DNA of 63,441 bases, filler included, from Licmophora abbreviata (GCA_900291995.1; 9 parts of 9 records of this genome joined end to end with filler, not necessarily neighbours in it), one strand, 5' to 3'. Positions 24,688 through 37,250 are shown, numbered from the whole stretch's first letter. Numbers and translations: made by a program. The notes: a model not told the origin generated them from the sequence alone.

Positions 24688-25012
24688 TGAAATGATAAGT
24701 ATGGCTTCTCAAAGCTGCAGTCGTAGAGAAGAGATGGATTCACTGTGATGCTCTTCAGTGTTACGTCGTAACCCAACACATGACCTCGCCGCGCGCGCGA
24801 ATGTATCTGTAACGCTCGGGATCGCGCCGATCCGGTGATCGGCGGCGCTGTGACGACACGATGTACGAGGAGCGAGACGACTGCTTAGTAGTATGTAGGA
24901 TGCGAGAGTGCTTTTTCACGATCGGGCTTTCATCGATCCCTCTCATTGTATACCTGGTAGACAACCCTCTTAAGTCTTTGGACGCGACTATAGCCTGTAT
25001 TGAATTATACCC

Positions 25013-25899
25013 ATGAGAGACCGCTGGGAGTCCAAGAACCGACGCGCCTCGTTGCGCGCGCCTCTCTGCGCCGCCACGCCACCACCGCGGAGGAAGATGC
25101 CGCGCTGAAGAAGCTCGAAGAGAAGTTCCCCGAAGCGACAAATGAAGAAAGGATTCGGTTTCTTCGGAGTTGTAAGTGCGATCTTGAGTTTGCGAACAAG
25201 GAGCTTCAGGATTACTTGGATTGGCGCAAGACGTATGACCTTGATTCAGTAGAGCATATATCGATGCGAGGTGACTCGGACGATAAAGGCGATTGGGCCT
25301 ATGCCTCCTCCAGAGCTCTTCAAACAATGTCCAGAGACCCGCATGACACTAGAAAAAGCATAACGAAACGTCGAGTATCGTCTCCACGGAGTCTCCCTTG
25401 CGTCATTCGGTCATACCACGACGAGAATGGGAATCCACGCACTGCCAAAGATGGCACGATGATTTTGCAGGTCCTTCCAGCGCTACTTGACAAGACGGTG
25501 GCATCGAATGAATGCTATGCCCTGGCGATGGCATTCTATACCGAAAGGAAATTTGAACGGTCCAGTCTTGCAGCGGGAACACTGTTGATCGACGTGCGTC
25601 GAGGAGTCGGCTGGCCAAATCCAACCGCAAAGCATTTGGTTCCTTTCATCAAAGAAGTCGCTCGAATGCTACCTAAGCTGCATCCTGAACGACTGAATAA
25701 ATGTTTGGTCTATCCTGTGCCTCGCATGGCGAAGATTATATGGAAGACGATAAAACCAATGCTTTCTGAATGCGTCACGGGCCTCGTAACGCTTGTCACG
25801 GGCCCCGCCCGCATCGAGTCACCTCCGCCCAAGGAACTCTACGACCACGTGGATAAGGCAGTCGTTGAACGATTAGAGGCAGAGCGAAGCGTTGTGTGA
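25013..25899 (+). CDS. CRAL-TRIO protein, tandem copy 2 (apparent 1-nt frameshift near 25060)
   Basis: Closely similar to copy 1. ATG 25013 reads MRDRWESKNRRASLR, matching copy 1 MKDRWESNARRASLR, but is one base out of frame with the main ORF. Confidence 0.8.
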
Positions 25900-25942
25900 T
25901 ATAGGCGATTGCTACGTATAATTTCTCTTGAGATGAGATCAT

Positions 25943-28900
25943 TCATTCCGCTTCGCCTCGACGTCGCTTCGCGAGTCCTTGACCGACATATGCACGAGTG
26001 AACATTCCACTCAGAACGGGCAGCTCTGACGATTGGAGGGGACCCGAGCCGTCCCTGTCGCTATCGTCGCTTCCGAGAAGGCTTCCAAAGGCCCTAGCAG
26101 CCTTTGCAGACGGTTCGTCGCGCATGAGTGCAGACCGATCCACCCGTACACGTTTCTTGTCGTCCTGGCGACGCAACATGTTCAGCTTTGGCACTGCCGT
26201 GATACTACCGTACGGGGCACTCGACAGGGGTTGTACATGCGCGAGCTCTTTATCGGTCTGCTGCAAAAGAAGCATGTCCCCGGAGGCCGTCATTACAAAG
26301 ACAGATGCCATGGTCTGGTTCTTAGGGACGATACTTCCCAGGCTGCCGACTTGCACCCAGTTAGACTGTTTTCTCGCATCCCCGCGGCATCCCATTGCTC
26401 GAACGATGTCGTGTATTTCCCAAACGACAGGTTTGGTAGAACCCTCATTGCCCTGCGTCACGGCGCAACCTGTTGTAGCGTCCACTAGCAGGATACGACT
26501 GTGTCGCTCCTTGGGCGAAACCATACAAATGACCACATTGTTGTCGCAGGGAATCAATTCAACATGAGACACATACATATCCTTGTATGATGCTGGTAGA
26601 GCACAGGCCCACGATGCTTGACCACGGTTTCCATAAGGAGACTGTAGCTTAACGCCTGTCGATGACTTTGTCAAGATCAGGTCGTGAAGAAAATCCGTCT
26701 TGATGAAACGCAACTCGTCCACCGGAGAACCACCATAGTCTAGATGTCGTAGCGATTTCAATAAACTAGTTTCCTTGTAATCCCAGATTGTAATCATGTT
26801 TCCGTAGGCAATACTCAAGATTGTACCATCTGCAGAAAAGTCGATCGCCTCACACCCCGTAGGAAAGTTCGAGTACCCAGCTGGCGTCGTCACCTTGAAC
26901 TGGCAAACCCACAAAGGCGCTCGTCGACTCTGCCGCTCATCATCTTCCTGTGGAGGCTGCACGTGGTGCCATACTCGAAAAGCGTTTTCGTCGTTGCTCG
27001 CTGTGCAAGCGTACTGGCCGTCACGGGAAATCGCCACAGCAGAGACTCGGTTCTCTTCTCCATGAGGATTAGCCATGGCCGCAGTGAGGCTATAAGGCGC
27101 ACCGTCTGCCTTCGGTGATTTACTCGACTCTGGACTCCGTGTCCAAAATCGAAGCGTGCTGACAATTCCCACCGTTTGTCGGGAAGTCGTCCGTGCGGCG
27201 GCTCCGACAAACTCATTTTCTGTAGGAGAGGTGTCTACTGTTAGCAAGTCCTGGTCATTGTCGCTGATAACACAGTGAGAAATCGACGGAGCGGGCATTT
27301 CCTCCTCGTCCTTCTCTGTACGACTGACGCGGTTGTAAGGAGCGACCTCGAGCTGACGCACTACCCTCTGCTCTTGGTAGTTGAACCAGTGGAGGTACCC
27401 GGGGGCTCCAGCAAGTCCCGAAAGAAGCACTGTCTTTGGACTAGCTGTAGTCGTAGGTGATCGAATGGATGTCGTTTGTGTCCTGGTCTGCGTTGCGTTG
27501 CCTCGCGAAAAATTCGCCCCTGACCCTGCAAGGCCCTGTACTTTCCAGAGAAGGGATCGATTGTGCGACTCAAACAGCTGCAGTGAATTGTCTTCGGAAT
27601 ATATCAAGATACCCATAGCTCCTCCCTCCCGTGTCCCGTCCCCGCAGCAAATGTGGACAATTCCGCCCATAGCGAGACGTGGGAGTACGTCAGCGGGGCG
27701 ATACGATCCCCTCGACAGCTGCCAAGTGACCAGCACGCTTTCCTCTCCACCACTGTATAACATGGGATCTATCATACCGCTCTTTCCATGATACGCTAGT
27801 GTCGAAACAGGATGAGCGTGCCAATGCACCCGGCGTACCAGCACCGTTTTGGAGGGATGCCTGGGCGCGGGACCTTGACTCGTCTTTCGCTCGCTTGCGT
27901 CCATGTATTCCAACGTCCGAGGAAGCAAATTGCTCATGACGCGAATATCCCCTTCGTGATATCCACAGGTGACGTCGACGCCATTAGGTGATATACATAG
28001 TGCTGATAGCATGTTCGGGGGTGCCACAGTGAAGCTCACTGACCGAATTGCACTGCTATCGGATTCGCTGCCGTGACGAGACGCAAGTCGTTCATGATAC
28101 ACATGAAACGTGGTACACCGGGCAACTACGACGAAGAGATCGTGCCCGGCATTATGCGAAAATTGGGTTGTCTTCGTGTCTTCCATCACTGTAGACAGCA
28201 AGCGAAACGGAGTGGAGTCCTCGTGATGTCCCTTCTTGTCGCGCCCTACTCGGCATTTGAGTGTGTCCTTTACTTGGACGCGCGTTGAATCTTTGAACAG
28301 CTCTGTTGCTTGGTTGACGTCAATCGTACTATCAAATGCAGGAAGTTCAACGCGCAGCAGTGCAAACATGGCCTTGGACGAGGGCGCCCCAGTGGCCGAC
28401 GGTCGTCTCGTCTCGGAAAGGGCAAAGACCAAGACGCCGTCCGTGCCATGTTCCTGAACGCGAGGGGCAGTCAGGTGCCGAACCGAACATTTTTTCTCTG
28501 TCAGTCGAAACACACGTCGTGGTCGATGGCACGGTCCCATGAGTTCGTAGGGGCCACAGTCAATGCTGTTCTCGGCTCGATCAGGATACGCGAGGGCTTG
28601 CAACGCAAACTCATAGAGTGATCCATCACGGCACCCCACCAACAAGACATGATCATCAGCTTCCCCATGAGCATGGGAGAGACTGTTCTCATCTGATGGC
28701 GACGACGATATGCTATCATCGTCTTGGGCCCGCGTCAGTATCTGCCGTAACGCTGCCTTTCTCGTTCCTCCCAAACGTCGCCAAACACACACTCTCAATC
28801 ACAACCTCGTCGTCCTCTGTGTCACTTTTTGATTTTATTCTCGGTACCAAAGTAGCCACTCGCTGACCGGTCTTGTACGACAAGACAGTAATATGATGCA

Positions 28901-29078
28901 CTGACGGCAAAATCACAAATTGTTCTTCTTGCTTGGAAAAATTGGAAAGGGGAGGAGTAATGATGGGTTCCAGAGTTGCATGCGATGATAGCGAAGCAAG
29001 TCGAGGATCCTCGTTCCTGGCTGATGGCGACGACTTTCGCCGTCCCAAGAGTGGGCCTCCCACTCGGACTGTCTTCAT
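25943..29078 (-). CDS. WDR75: WDR75/Utp17 (Nan1) t-UTP WD40 ribosome biogenesis factor
   Basis: HWHAHPV..L.Y, LYSGGEESVLVTWQL, LPRL, PGYLHWF and TLRFW motifs. The N-terminal ORF (MKTVRVGG) joins via a 1-nt frameshift near 28771. Confidence 0.85.
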
Positions 29079-29408
29079 GATGTTTCTTCGTGAAAAAAGA
29101 GAGACGTGTATGCTGGAAGTGGTCTCTCTCTCGCTCTCTCTCTCAACAAGAAAGCAACCACAATGGCGCCGTCAACAAAAATGTTCTTTCTAATAACGAA
29201 AGCTGTGCGGGAAAAAAATGGACGGCGATCAGCTTTTGGGTTCTGGGTCAAAAAAGTCATAGTCTCGATGACCTCCAAAATATCATGATGCGGTCATTCT
29301 TTTGCTCAACATTGTGCTGACTTTTGACTTCTTTTCAACCATGGTGCTCTGATAGTCTACCTGAGACGCCATTGTGATCTTTGACCCCTTCCATAGATTC
29401 ATAGAAGC

Positions 29409-30739
29409 ATGCCACTTGTCGACAAGAACGACTTTGATCACTTTCTGGACGTCGCAGTGCGAGACGAGAGCGATACTGATGCCTTTCGAAGATCTCGACG
29501 ACGACGCTCCGAAACAGCATCTACAGGGACTAGTAGTGATATCAGGAGTACTAGTGATGCGGACGATGGAAGCAATAGCAGCTGCAGTGCCAGTATGGCA
29601 AGTACCTCAAGTCCGGACTCTTCTGAATCAATCAAGTTCTCTCAGACAAAGGATGAAAAGCCAGCTATAGGCTCATCAACCTCGCCCTCGTCCCAGGATG
29701 ATAACGACCCGAGAGACTTCGATGCCGCCAGGTCGCCGACCGAATCTTCTTCTACGGCAAAAACTTCGAGCTCAACCTCTGATAGCACTTCGACTTGCGC
29801 TAGTAGTGACCCTCAGTCGAGTCGGATACTGGAACTCGAGCATTTGGTCGCTCGTTTGAAGTTCGAAGCAGCTGACTATCGGTCTCAGTCCGACTACTAC
29901 CGCATGCAGCATCGACAGTTGCGTGTTCAGTTTGAAGATTTGCAGGCCTTTTGCCAACAGCTTCAGACGGAAAATGAGGAGCTGCGCAACAGTATTTTGA
30001 ATCAGGAGGAAGACTCGAACAAACGAGTGGGTGGAATCTGGCCGTTTCACAAGGAAGAACCATCCTTCAAAATTGGACCACCACCTGAGCCGCCAGAGAG
30101 TTTGGCGCATGTGAACTTTGAACCATACACTGCACCAGAACAGTTTCATGAGGAGAAATTAAAAGCGGCTGACGCAAAGATCCCGAAAGCCAGCTACCAT
30201 TCACCAGCGATCGAGTCGAGTAGTAGGGATGCGGCCCACAACGCAGACTGCCGGAGCGTAGCGTCGAGCTCGAGCGAGAAGACACCAAAAACTGGCAACA
30301 CGGNNNNNNNNNNNNNNNNNNNNNNNNNNNNNNNNNNNNNNNNNNNNTTAATTAATTAANNNNNNNNNNNNNNNNNNNNNNNNNNNNNNNNNNNNNNNNN
30401 NNNGTGTACTCTGAGCTATCGCTAGAGGAAGATCAAATCGCACCATGCAGTCCGACTGTGCCGCTGTATGGTGCTGCTACGTCAAGTGCCGACAGCAACA
30501 AGTCTTCGGCGTCGTGGTGGCCTTTCCCGGGACAGACCAAGACTCCAGCGTTCGCCGCGGTTGATATCGAGAACGACGAGGACTACGATTTGAAAGATTT
30601 TCGAACCCCTCGGCCTACAGTGGGCGACGCTAGATCTCGATTGGAAGAGTTGAAACGGAGATCGGCTCTTGCTGCCGCAAAGGAACGGACAGATGAATTG
30701 CGCCATAGTGGTCATCTGATTGGCATGAGTATGATATGA
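29409..30739 (+). CDS. Hypothetical Ser-rich coiled-coil protein spanning an assembly gap
   Basis: The ORF is open into the gap at 30304, and a coding-like ORF continues after it to a stop at 30739. Heptad segment ILELEHLVARLK...NEELR. Confidence 0.55.
30304..30403. other. Assembly gap linker
   Basis: N44-TTAATTAATTAA-N44. Confidence 0.98.
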
Positions 30740-31039
30740 TGAGGCTCTAACGAAGCTCAAATCTCTCCACTAGCAAGAACAACATAGACAGTTTCGCTCA
30801 TCGTAAAGTAGCTAGCTACGGCCACATCCACATTCAACATGTCGTACCTATGACATATTATTGCGAGCTTCAGTTCTCGTCTGCTCAACTCCGGGCAAAC
30901 AAGACAGACAGACGCGGTAGAATCATCAGGAATTTGGAATTCCTCAAAAGCGCCTCCCTGACGCGCGGTTTCTCGCGGCGTCACATCCACCCATCACCGC
31001 AGCACATCACATCACATCACAGTTTGTTCTTTCTCGACC

Positions 31040-32246
31040 ATGGCGGTGCGAAGGACCACGTCGATCCCGGGGCGAGGGGCGGGACTTCGACTGCTTATAC
31101 ATGTCCTTGCGTTGCTAATATCCCTACTTCCACCAGGCAGAGCGTTTCAGATTGAGCAACAAAATGGCTGGAACAGATTACGTCGGTCGGGACAATATGA
31201 TGTACCTAAGGCTCCCGTCTGTTCCAGACGACCATGTCTATTAGGCTCTAGTACTAGTTTCGATGATCGTTTTGATGACACAGTAAGGTCATCGTCCGTT
31301 GATTTTTCCATGGACCCGCAGAGTCACGAGGCGAAGAGCATCACTTCTCGGTTGGGGCTATCACCCTCTCAACACGACAAGTTGGCTGAACTGGCATCGC
31401 TCGTGGTGGAATGGAACGAGCGCATCAATCTCGTCAGTCGAAGAGACTGCACCGAGGAAGTCATATTTGGCAGACACATCTTACCGTCTGTCGCACTCAT
31501 GGGTATAACGAGCAATCCGTTCGAGTCAGCTAGAAAAGTGGTTGACGTCGGAACCGGAGGTAGGTCGTCGTGCGACATCATGTGACAACTGATTCAACCA
31601 ACTTGTTCATCTATTCTCGTCCATGATATGCTCCTGGCGTAGGAGGATTTCCTGGGCTTCCGTTGGCGATGTTTACCCCGACTTGGACTTTTTGTTGGTG
31701 GACAGTGTTGGCAAGAAACTCAAGGCTGTCGAAGGCATGGTGGACGATTTGGGGCTGATGAACGTACGAGTACATCACGGACGAGCCGAGGAGATGACGG
31801 ATGATATTCTTGAGGGACCGCGACACGAAGGGGCGTATGACATTTGCCTAGGTCGGAGTGTAGCAGCGTTGCCCAAGTTTTGTTTTTGGATATCCGAGCT
31901 AATCAGACCAGCTTCGACCGAAGATGCCGGCGACGAGGGAGGCAGGCTGGTTTACATAATTGGAGGAGACATTGACGAGACGCTGCTGTCGAGGACTTCA
32001 ACGGACGTGGCAATTGATGAAATACTGGAGGAGGATGGTGCTTCCGATAAGAGGATTCTCGTTTTCAGTCAAGAAGACGTATCAATCATCGCGGCAGGGA
32101 GTGGCGAAGTAAAACAGAAACGCGGCACACCACGACTGAAGAGCAAACCAAAAAGAACACAGAAACCAAAAGGATCTTGGGCTCGGCGAGACAGTTCGGT
32201 CCCCAAACAGAGAGGTTACGAGAATTTCAAGCGTTATAATGGATAG
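31040..32246 (+). CDS. rsmG: RsmG/GidB 16S rRNA m7G methyltransferase, probably plastid-targeted; 2 exons
   Basis: WNERINLVS, RHILPS, DVGTG|GGFPGLPLA (intron 31560-31642), LVDSVGKK and GRAEE. Signal peptide followed by GRA-F. One base is missing near 31670. Confidence 0.9.
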
Positions 32247-32330
32247 CAGGAGCTTCTTATTCGATCGTCCCCGGTAATTGTTACCTCCAAGTACACCAAA
32301 TTGATGAACGCACACGACTTCACAGCCGGT

Positions 32331-34352
32331 CTAAAGAAGAGCCGGACTGCGGACATCATCGCTCAGCTGGCTTCCAATGCTTGGTTGACTCGGTTGGGTC
32401 GCTGGTTTGCTGGCCGACGACGTTGACGCTGTCGGCGGTACAATCGTGCTCTCTGACTGTTCGGCCTCCTGCGTTGCGTCACGAAGCGGCCGAAGCGGCG
32501 TTACCCCCTGTGTTGCAAACGCTTCGCCATCGCTACTCTCAACGACAGAGAGGTCTTGCTGCGAGGTACCGGGTGCAGTGGCCTGTGTCTCGAAGTGAAC
32601 TGTTGGTGCGCCTTGCGTCTCAGCCACCTTTTCTCCAGTGTCACGGAGAAGCCGAAGCGGCGTTGCTCCCTGAGTTTCAAACTCTTTATCATCGATGCTC
32701 CCAGCCGCAGAGAGGTCATGCTGGGAGTTACTCCCTGTCGTCGCCTCTGTCTCAAAGTGGACTGTCGGTGCTCCTTGTGTCTCTGTCGCCTCTTCTTGGG
32801 TGTCACCAACATGTTCTTGAGTTTCTACAGCAGCGATATCTTCTTCTTCTTTCTCCTCTACTACGAATTCTCCACTAGGATCCTCTTCTTCAATTGCCTC
32901 CAACAACCCACATGCTACAAGACTTTCGCTTACACCAATTGGGATCGGCACACCGGGGTGGGGCTTCAAGGACCGAGCGGCGATCCATCCTTCGGCAATC
33001 TTGGTCTCCAAGACTGAGGATCCATAGAAACTGCCCACGATTTTCTCCCGTCGACCATCGTCCATGCATAGTGCAGCATACGGTTCATAGTCCATGAGTT
33101 CGATGTCGACTCCTGGGCGACGCAACACGACACATCTGCATTGTAGAGGATCGTACACGACTGGATGACGATACATGATCAAGGCAGCAAGAAAGTTCTC
33201 TTCGTATGTTTCTTTCTCCTCCTTTGTCAAATTCTTCTGGCTCGTGTGCTTGTAGAGTCGTGCAAAGACACGCTCCAGAGCTGGAGTTTGAGTCGTCGCC
33301 GAAGATCCCATCTGCTGGCCGAGAAAGGCATCCTTGACGATATCGCGGGCAGCCACGGAACCGATATTCTTGAGAGATGTGCAGTAATCGCATCCGGCTG
33401 CGACAAACATGACCGCTAGCATGACATCGGAGAAATCCAAGAGCGACATGGTCTTGGGTTTCATCTCCCTGCAGCCGAGGTAGTTCCGTTGCACGAGCAT
33501 GCCCTTTCCACCACTGTTGTCTTCCAGCGACTTGTAGAGAATGGATCGACATCCATGCGCAATGAGATCCGAGTCTTCCGTAACAACCAAGTCAATCATT
33601 CCCTGACTACTAAAGTAGGCGAGCTGTCCATCGGCTTCGTATGGAGCCACAAGGAAAGCAGTCTTACTCTCTCGAAGCCCCTCGATGACCTTGGCGACAA
33701 TCTCCGGATGGCATCGTCCCGCTCCCGCCCGTTTCGCCGCCTTCATTCGGTTCGTCGTCTGCGTCTGTGGCGATTCCGCCACAGCCAACGTCCCGTCCAC
33801 GACGACATCCCGCACTGCCGCAGCCGCCTGCTTTCGTGTCGACCGATCGTGACACTCGCGCTTCTTGATGGGAGGCGTGTTGCCGTCCAGCACCACGAGC
33901 AGCTGCGACCCAGTATTCTGTTGAAGATTCTGAATGCGTTCCAAGACATATCCGGCACACTTCTGGATGTATTCCAAACGAGTTTCGGCTGGAGTCGCGT
34001 CCAGCAAGACGGATGCATCGTGATCTTCGCCATCATTGCCACCGCCTTCTTGGTGCTGCAGGAGCATTGCTCGTCCCATGTTACTCAGATGACGCTCGTC
34101 CATCAACATCCCCCCGAAGCCATGCGACGCACGAGCAATCAAGACCCCGACGTCGACACCGACTCGTAAGGGACGACGCTTTTCGTCGTGGGAGCTGCGC
34201 TGGCGTTTTTGCTTTGGAGAGCCGTCAGAGGCAGTATTTGCGATGCAGGTTCTAGTGCGATCCACAATGCCGTGGTCGCGAAAGGCTCGTAGATCCAATT
34301 CTTGAGCTCCCGTCTTGATTATTCGATTCAGAAAGTCACCTGTGACTCCCAT
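32331..34352 (-). CDS. EXO1: XPG/Rad2-family 5'-3' nuclease, Exonuclease-1-like, with acidic TQ-rich tail
   Basis: MGV start, GVDVG, VLDG..PPIK, VAPYEADGQLAY, TEDSDL and GCDYC.SL..IG. Confidence 0.85.
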   Translation of the reverse strand: MGVTGDFLNRIIKTGAQELDLRAFRDHGIVDRTRTCIANTASDGSPKQKRQRSSHDEKRRPLRVGVDVGVLIARASHGFGGMLMDERHLSNMGRAMLLQHQEGGGNDGEDHDASVLLDATPAETRLEYIQKCAGYVLERIQNLQQNTGSQLLVVLDGNTPPIKKRECHDRSTRKQAAAAVRDVVVDGTLAVAESPQTQTTNRMKAAKRAGAGRCHPEIVAKVIEGLRESKTAFLVAPYEADGQLAYFSSQGMIDLVVTEDSDLIAHGCRSILYKSLEDNSGGKGMLVQRNYLGCREMKPKTMSLLDFSDVMLAVMFVAAGCDYCTSLKNIGSVAARDIVKDAFLGQQMGSSATTQTPALERVFARLYKHTSQKNLTKEEKETYEENFLAALIMYRHPVVYDPLQCRCVVLRRPGVDIELMDYEPYAALCMDDGRREKIVGSFYGSSVLETKIAEGWIAARSLKPHPGVPIPIGVSESLVACGLLEAIEEEDPSGEFVVEEKEEEDIAAVETQEHVGDTQEEATETQGAPTVHFETEATTGSNSQHDLSAAGSIDDKEFETQGATPLRLLRDTGEKVAETQGAPTVHFETQATAPGTSQQDLSVVESSDGEAFATQGVTPLRPLRDATQEAEQSESTIVPPTASTSSASKPATQPSQPSIGSQLSDDVRSPALL
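32475..32783 (-). repeat. Intragenic tandem duplication, 162-nt (54-aa) period, 2 copies
   Basis: ETQGAPTVHFET.AT....SQ.DLS...S.D...F.TQG.TPLR.LRD occurs twice, with copies starting at 32783 and 32621. Confidence 0.9.
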
Positions 34353-34873
34353 GATGTAGCGATTAGATATGAACTTGATCGAATATCAACAAATGGGCCG
34401 CTACTGCTAGAATGGGAGGAGCGGATGCACCATGGAATGGTCGCGGAGGCATCGGCGTCACCGCAAAATCAAAAATCGAAATCCGCGTCGCGTGTTCGTC
34501 GCTCTGACCATGTCGAGCTCTCAATACGCGCTATTCTTGGTGCTAAACGTTGAGACACCCAAACTCTCCAGCGTGCGAGTTGCAATCCTTGTTTGGACAA
34601 ATCTGTCAAATTAAACACCAGACGCTGGAGATTTGGCGCGAAACCCTCCAAAGTTCGAGCCTGCCCACCCTTGAGGTTTGCGCCAAAGCCAGAACGAGGC
34701 CACTTTTTAGTCCGAGCACAGTCACACAAAGGTCCCCCGCCAAGGTTCATCCGTGTCGATTGTGACTTATCCAGAGCACAGTTTCGACTTGACACGCCCT
34801 GTCACTACGTCTCTCATCATTGTGAGTGCAGCTGCAACGTTCTCATACTGAAAAGGACCTTTTTCGAACGAAA

Positions 34874-34973
34874 NNNNNNNNNNNNNNNNNNNNNNNNNNN
34901 NNNNNNNNNNNNNNNNNTTAATTAATTAANNNNNNNNNNNNNNNNNNNNNNNNNNNNNNNNNNNNNNNNNNNN
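34874..34973. other. Assembly gap linker
   Basis: N44-TTAATTAATTAA-N44. Confidence 0.98.
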
Positions 34974-35042
34974 AGTACATATTCTACGTGTGACATCATC
35001 AATACCAGAAAAAGGTGATTCTACGTAACCTGCGTGCCCTAG

Positions 35043-36089
35043 ATTCCCAAGGAAGATACCAAAGCGCGCGCCTTTGAGGTAGCGTCGGAGCACCTCGCAG
35101 CTCTGCTTCGACTCGAATCCAACCACTACCTGCCTCTCTTCGACCGCCACCCCTGTGGCTCTATCAATCCTCAGAGTCCTTCGTTCTCACGTCACCGCGA
35201 AAGGGACGAGTGGCGCCACAAGATATGCGATTGGTTCTACCAGATTGTCGACCAGACCGGGTACGACCGCGAGGTGGTCCTCTTTGCTCTCTCCTACATG
35301 GATCGTGTCGTCACTGTCATCAGCAAGGCTTCCACCGTAATCTGCAGTGCTCGAGACTATAGACTGGTAGCCATCACATCCCTCTACATGGCAATCAAGC
35401 TTCATGGACAAGCTGAACACCATCACTACCGACGAGCTCTTCCCGTCCAAACTATCGTTGATCTGGCACGGGACCCCATGCCGCCGCATACCGTCGAACG
35501 CATGGAGCTCTTCATCCTTGAGACTCTCCAGTGGCATATCAACACTCCTACGTCGCTCAGCTTTTGCGAATGGATGATTCGGCTCTTCCCTGACTCCTCG
35601 CCTCACCTTCCCGCCAAAGTAGGTCGCAAGATCTACCAGGACGCTCGCTTCCTGTGCGAGCTAGCATCCTACCATTTCGACCTCTCCATGTACTACCCTG
35701 CATCGACTATCGCATACGTGGCCATCCTGTGTGTCATGGATGCAAGAGGTCATCATGATGCTGATGATGGCGCATTGTTCGTGTCCTTCGAGACTCGTGC
35801 GGAGTTCCTACTGTCATTGGCGGACCTCGTGCAGCTCACTCCAAACACTCCCAGCGTCGTCGAGTGTCTTCCCATCCTCAAGGATCTTGCCCCCGCCCGA
35901 TGGTTCCTGGCACCGCACACTATGAGTCCGTCGTCGAGCGTCGATCATCCTCGTGATCAAACTCCGGCCAAGAAGAAGAAGGAAAAGACGCGTGCCGTGG
36001 CGTCTCCCGTGGGCGTTGCCGACTACCATGACGCTCGTTTCTGCTGCGACGAGGCGATCCCGAATCCAACGGCTCGTTGTCTGTATTGA
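35043..36089 (+). CDS. Cyclin (diatom-specific cyclin type); first exon lost in the gap
   Basis: The frame is open from the acceptor ccctag|ATT at 35043. Cyclin box EWRHKICDWFYQIVD....REVV..ALSYMDR, LVAITSLYMAIKL and MELFILETLQW.INTPT. Confidence 0.85.
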   Translation: MPKEDTKARAFEVASEHLAALLRLESNHYLPLFDRHPCGSINPQSPSFSRHRERDEWRHKICDWFYQIVDQTGYDREVVLFALSYMDRVVTVISKASTVICSARDYRLVAITSLYMAIKLHGQAEHHHYRRALPVQTIVDLARDPMPPHTVERMELFILETLQWHINTPTSLSFCEWMIRLFPDSSPHLPAKVGRKIYQDARFLCELASYHFDLSMYYPASTIAYVAILCVMDARGHHDADDGALFVSFETRAEFLLSLADLVQLTPNTPSVVECLPILKDLAPARWFLAPHTMSPSSSVDHPRDQTPAKKKKEKTRAVASPVGVADYHDARFCCDEAIPNPTARCLY

Positions 36090-36419
36090 ACGTTACAGAA
36101 GTGGGGAGAGAGATGTTGTGTATCTGTGTGAGGTTTTAGGTGGTGCCTGTACAATGTACAGTGTGTTGTGAACAGAAGCTATATTTCAGTACAATCCTTT
36201 AGTTGTGCTATAGAAGGCTATTTTTTGAGCTTGAGCAAATGGTGAAGGAAGCAAGCGAGCCGTCGTAATCATATAGAGGAGTACGGCTCTGCTCTCCTAC
36301 TGTCTTAGATTCGTTTCAATCTCTCCTCTCCAAGAATCGATGGCCGAGTCGGTTGTGGTTGTGGCTATCGATCGAGCTCGTCGCTGATGATGCTCCGCTG
36401 CGGAGCACTGTAGCGCTAC

Positions 36420-37250
36420 ACGCCGAACAAACCTCTGTATGATTGAAGAATGCGTCATCGTATAGACGTTCTTGCCGATTGTAGAATATAATGGCGAGGA
36501 TCTTGAATGGCTTTCCACCGACGAGATACACCTTCATCTCCATGCTGATCCCAACAATCGCCGTGTGTTCTCCCAGGTCAAGGGTGTACGGGTAGTACGG
36601 ACGTTTGGTCTTCATGTGTTCCTTCGATCTCAAACGAGGTTGAACAGCGATCACATGTGCCAACCGCAGTGTTGTTGCTAACGGTCACCGTGAAGTTCGC
36701 ACGTGAATCATTCCATCGGGGACCGTAACTCTTGGCAGTGTACAGATACACTTTTGACTCTCTGTTGTCGATTCCAGCCAACGATAATGAAAAACTGGCG
36801 CCCGGCCAGTCTGCAACTAAGCCTAGCTTGCGAAATGTGGCTCGAAAGGAAATCCCCACTACCTTTTTGTTCGTACATAAGCGTTGAGAATCACATCGTG
36901 TCCGTTGGGAAAGAGACGGCTGTTGGGGTGATAGAGCGAATGCCGTATGATGGGTGATGGGTATTCCAAGGTCTGCAGTGGTTCCACCTACCGCCAGATT
37001 GTGTACTTCAACCACCTATCTGCCAGCAAGGGTGTTCAGAAACGAGTTTAGTCGCAAAGGCCAGGCGTGGCGCCGAGTTGCAATAGAAGCTCACTCGGGT
37101 CGCCACAGAAAGCTCGAGTTCAATGGAAAACATCCCACGCCACCCGTGATGGAACTGTAATCTGGAGAGGCTTGGTTGAATCATTTTGTATGCGACCATA
37201 TACTTTCTCCAAAACTCTCAATCAAAAATTCTGAGAAGCTGCCGTCTTGT
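36420..37250 (-). pseudogene. Decayed SGNH-hydrolase-like gene remnant
   Basis: Fragments in several frames: PLQITV / SITGGVGC, AWPLRL.SFLN.LAGR*VVEVHNLAVGGT (in-frame TAG), KLG, KSYGPRWNDS, G.H.DQTSV and GGKPFKI. Multiple shifts and an apparently deleted middle. Confidence 0.6.
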
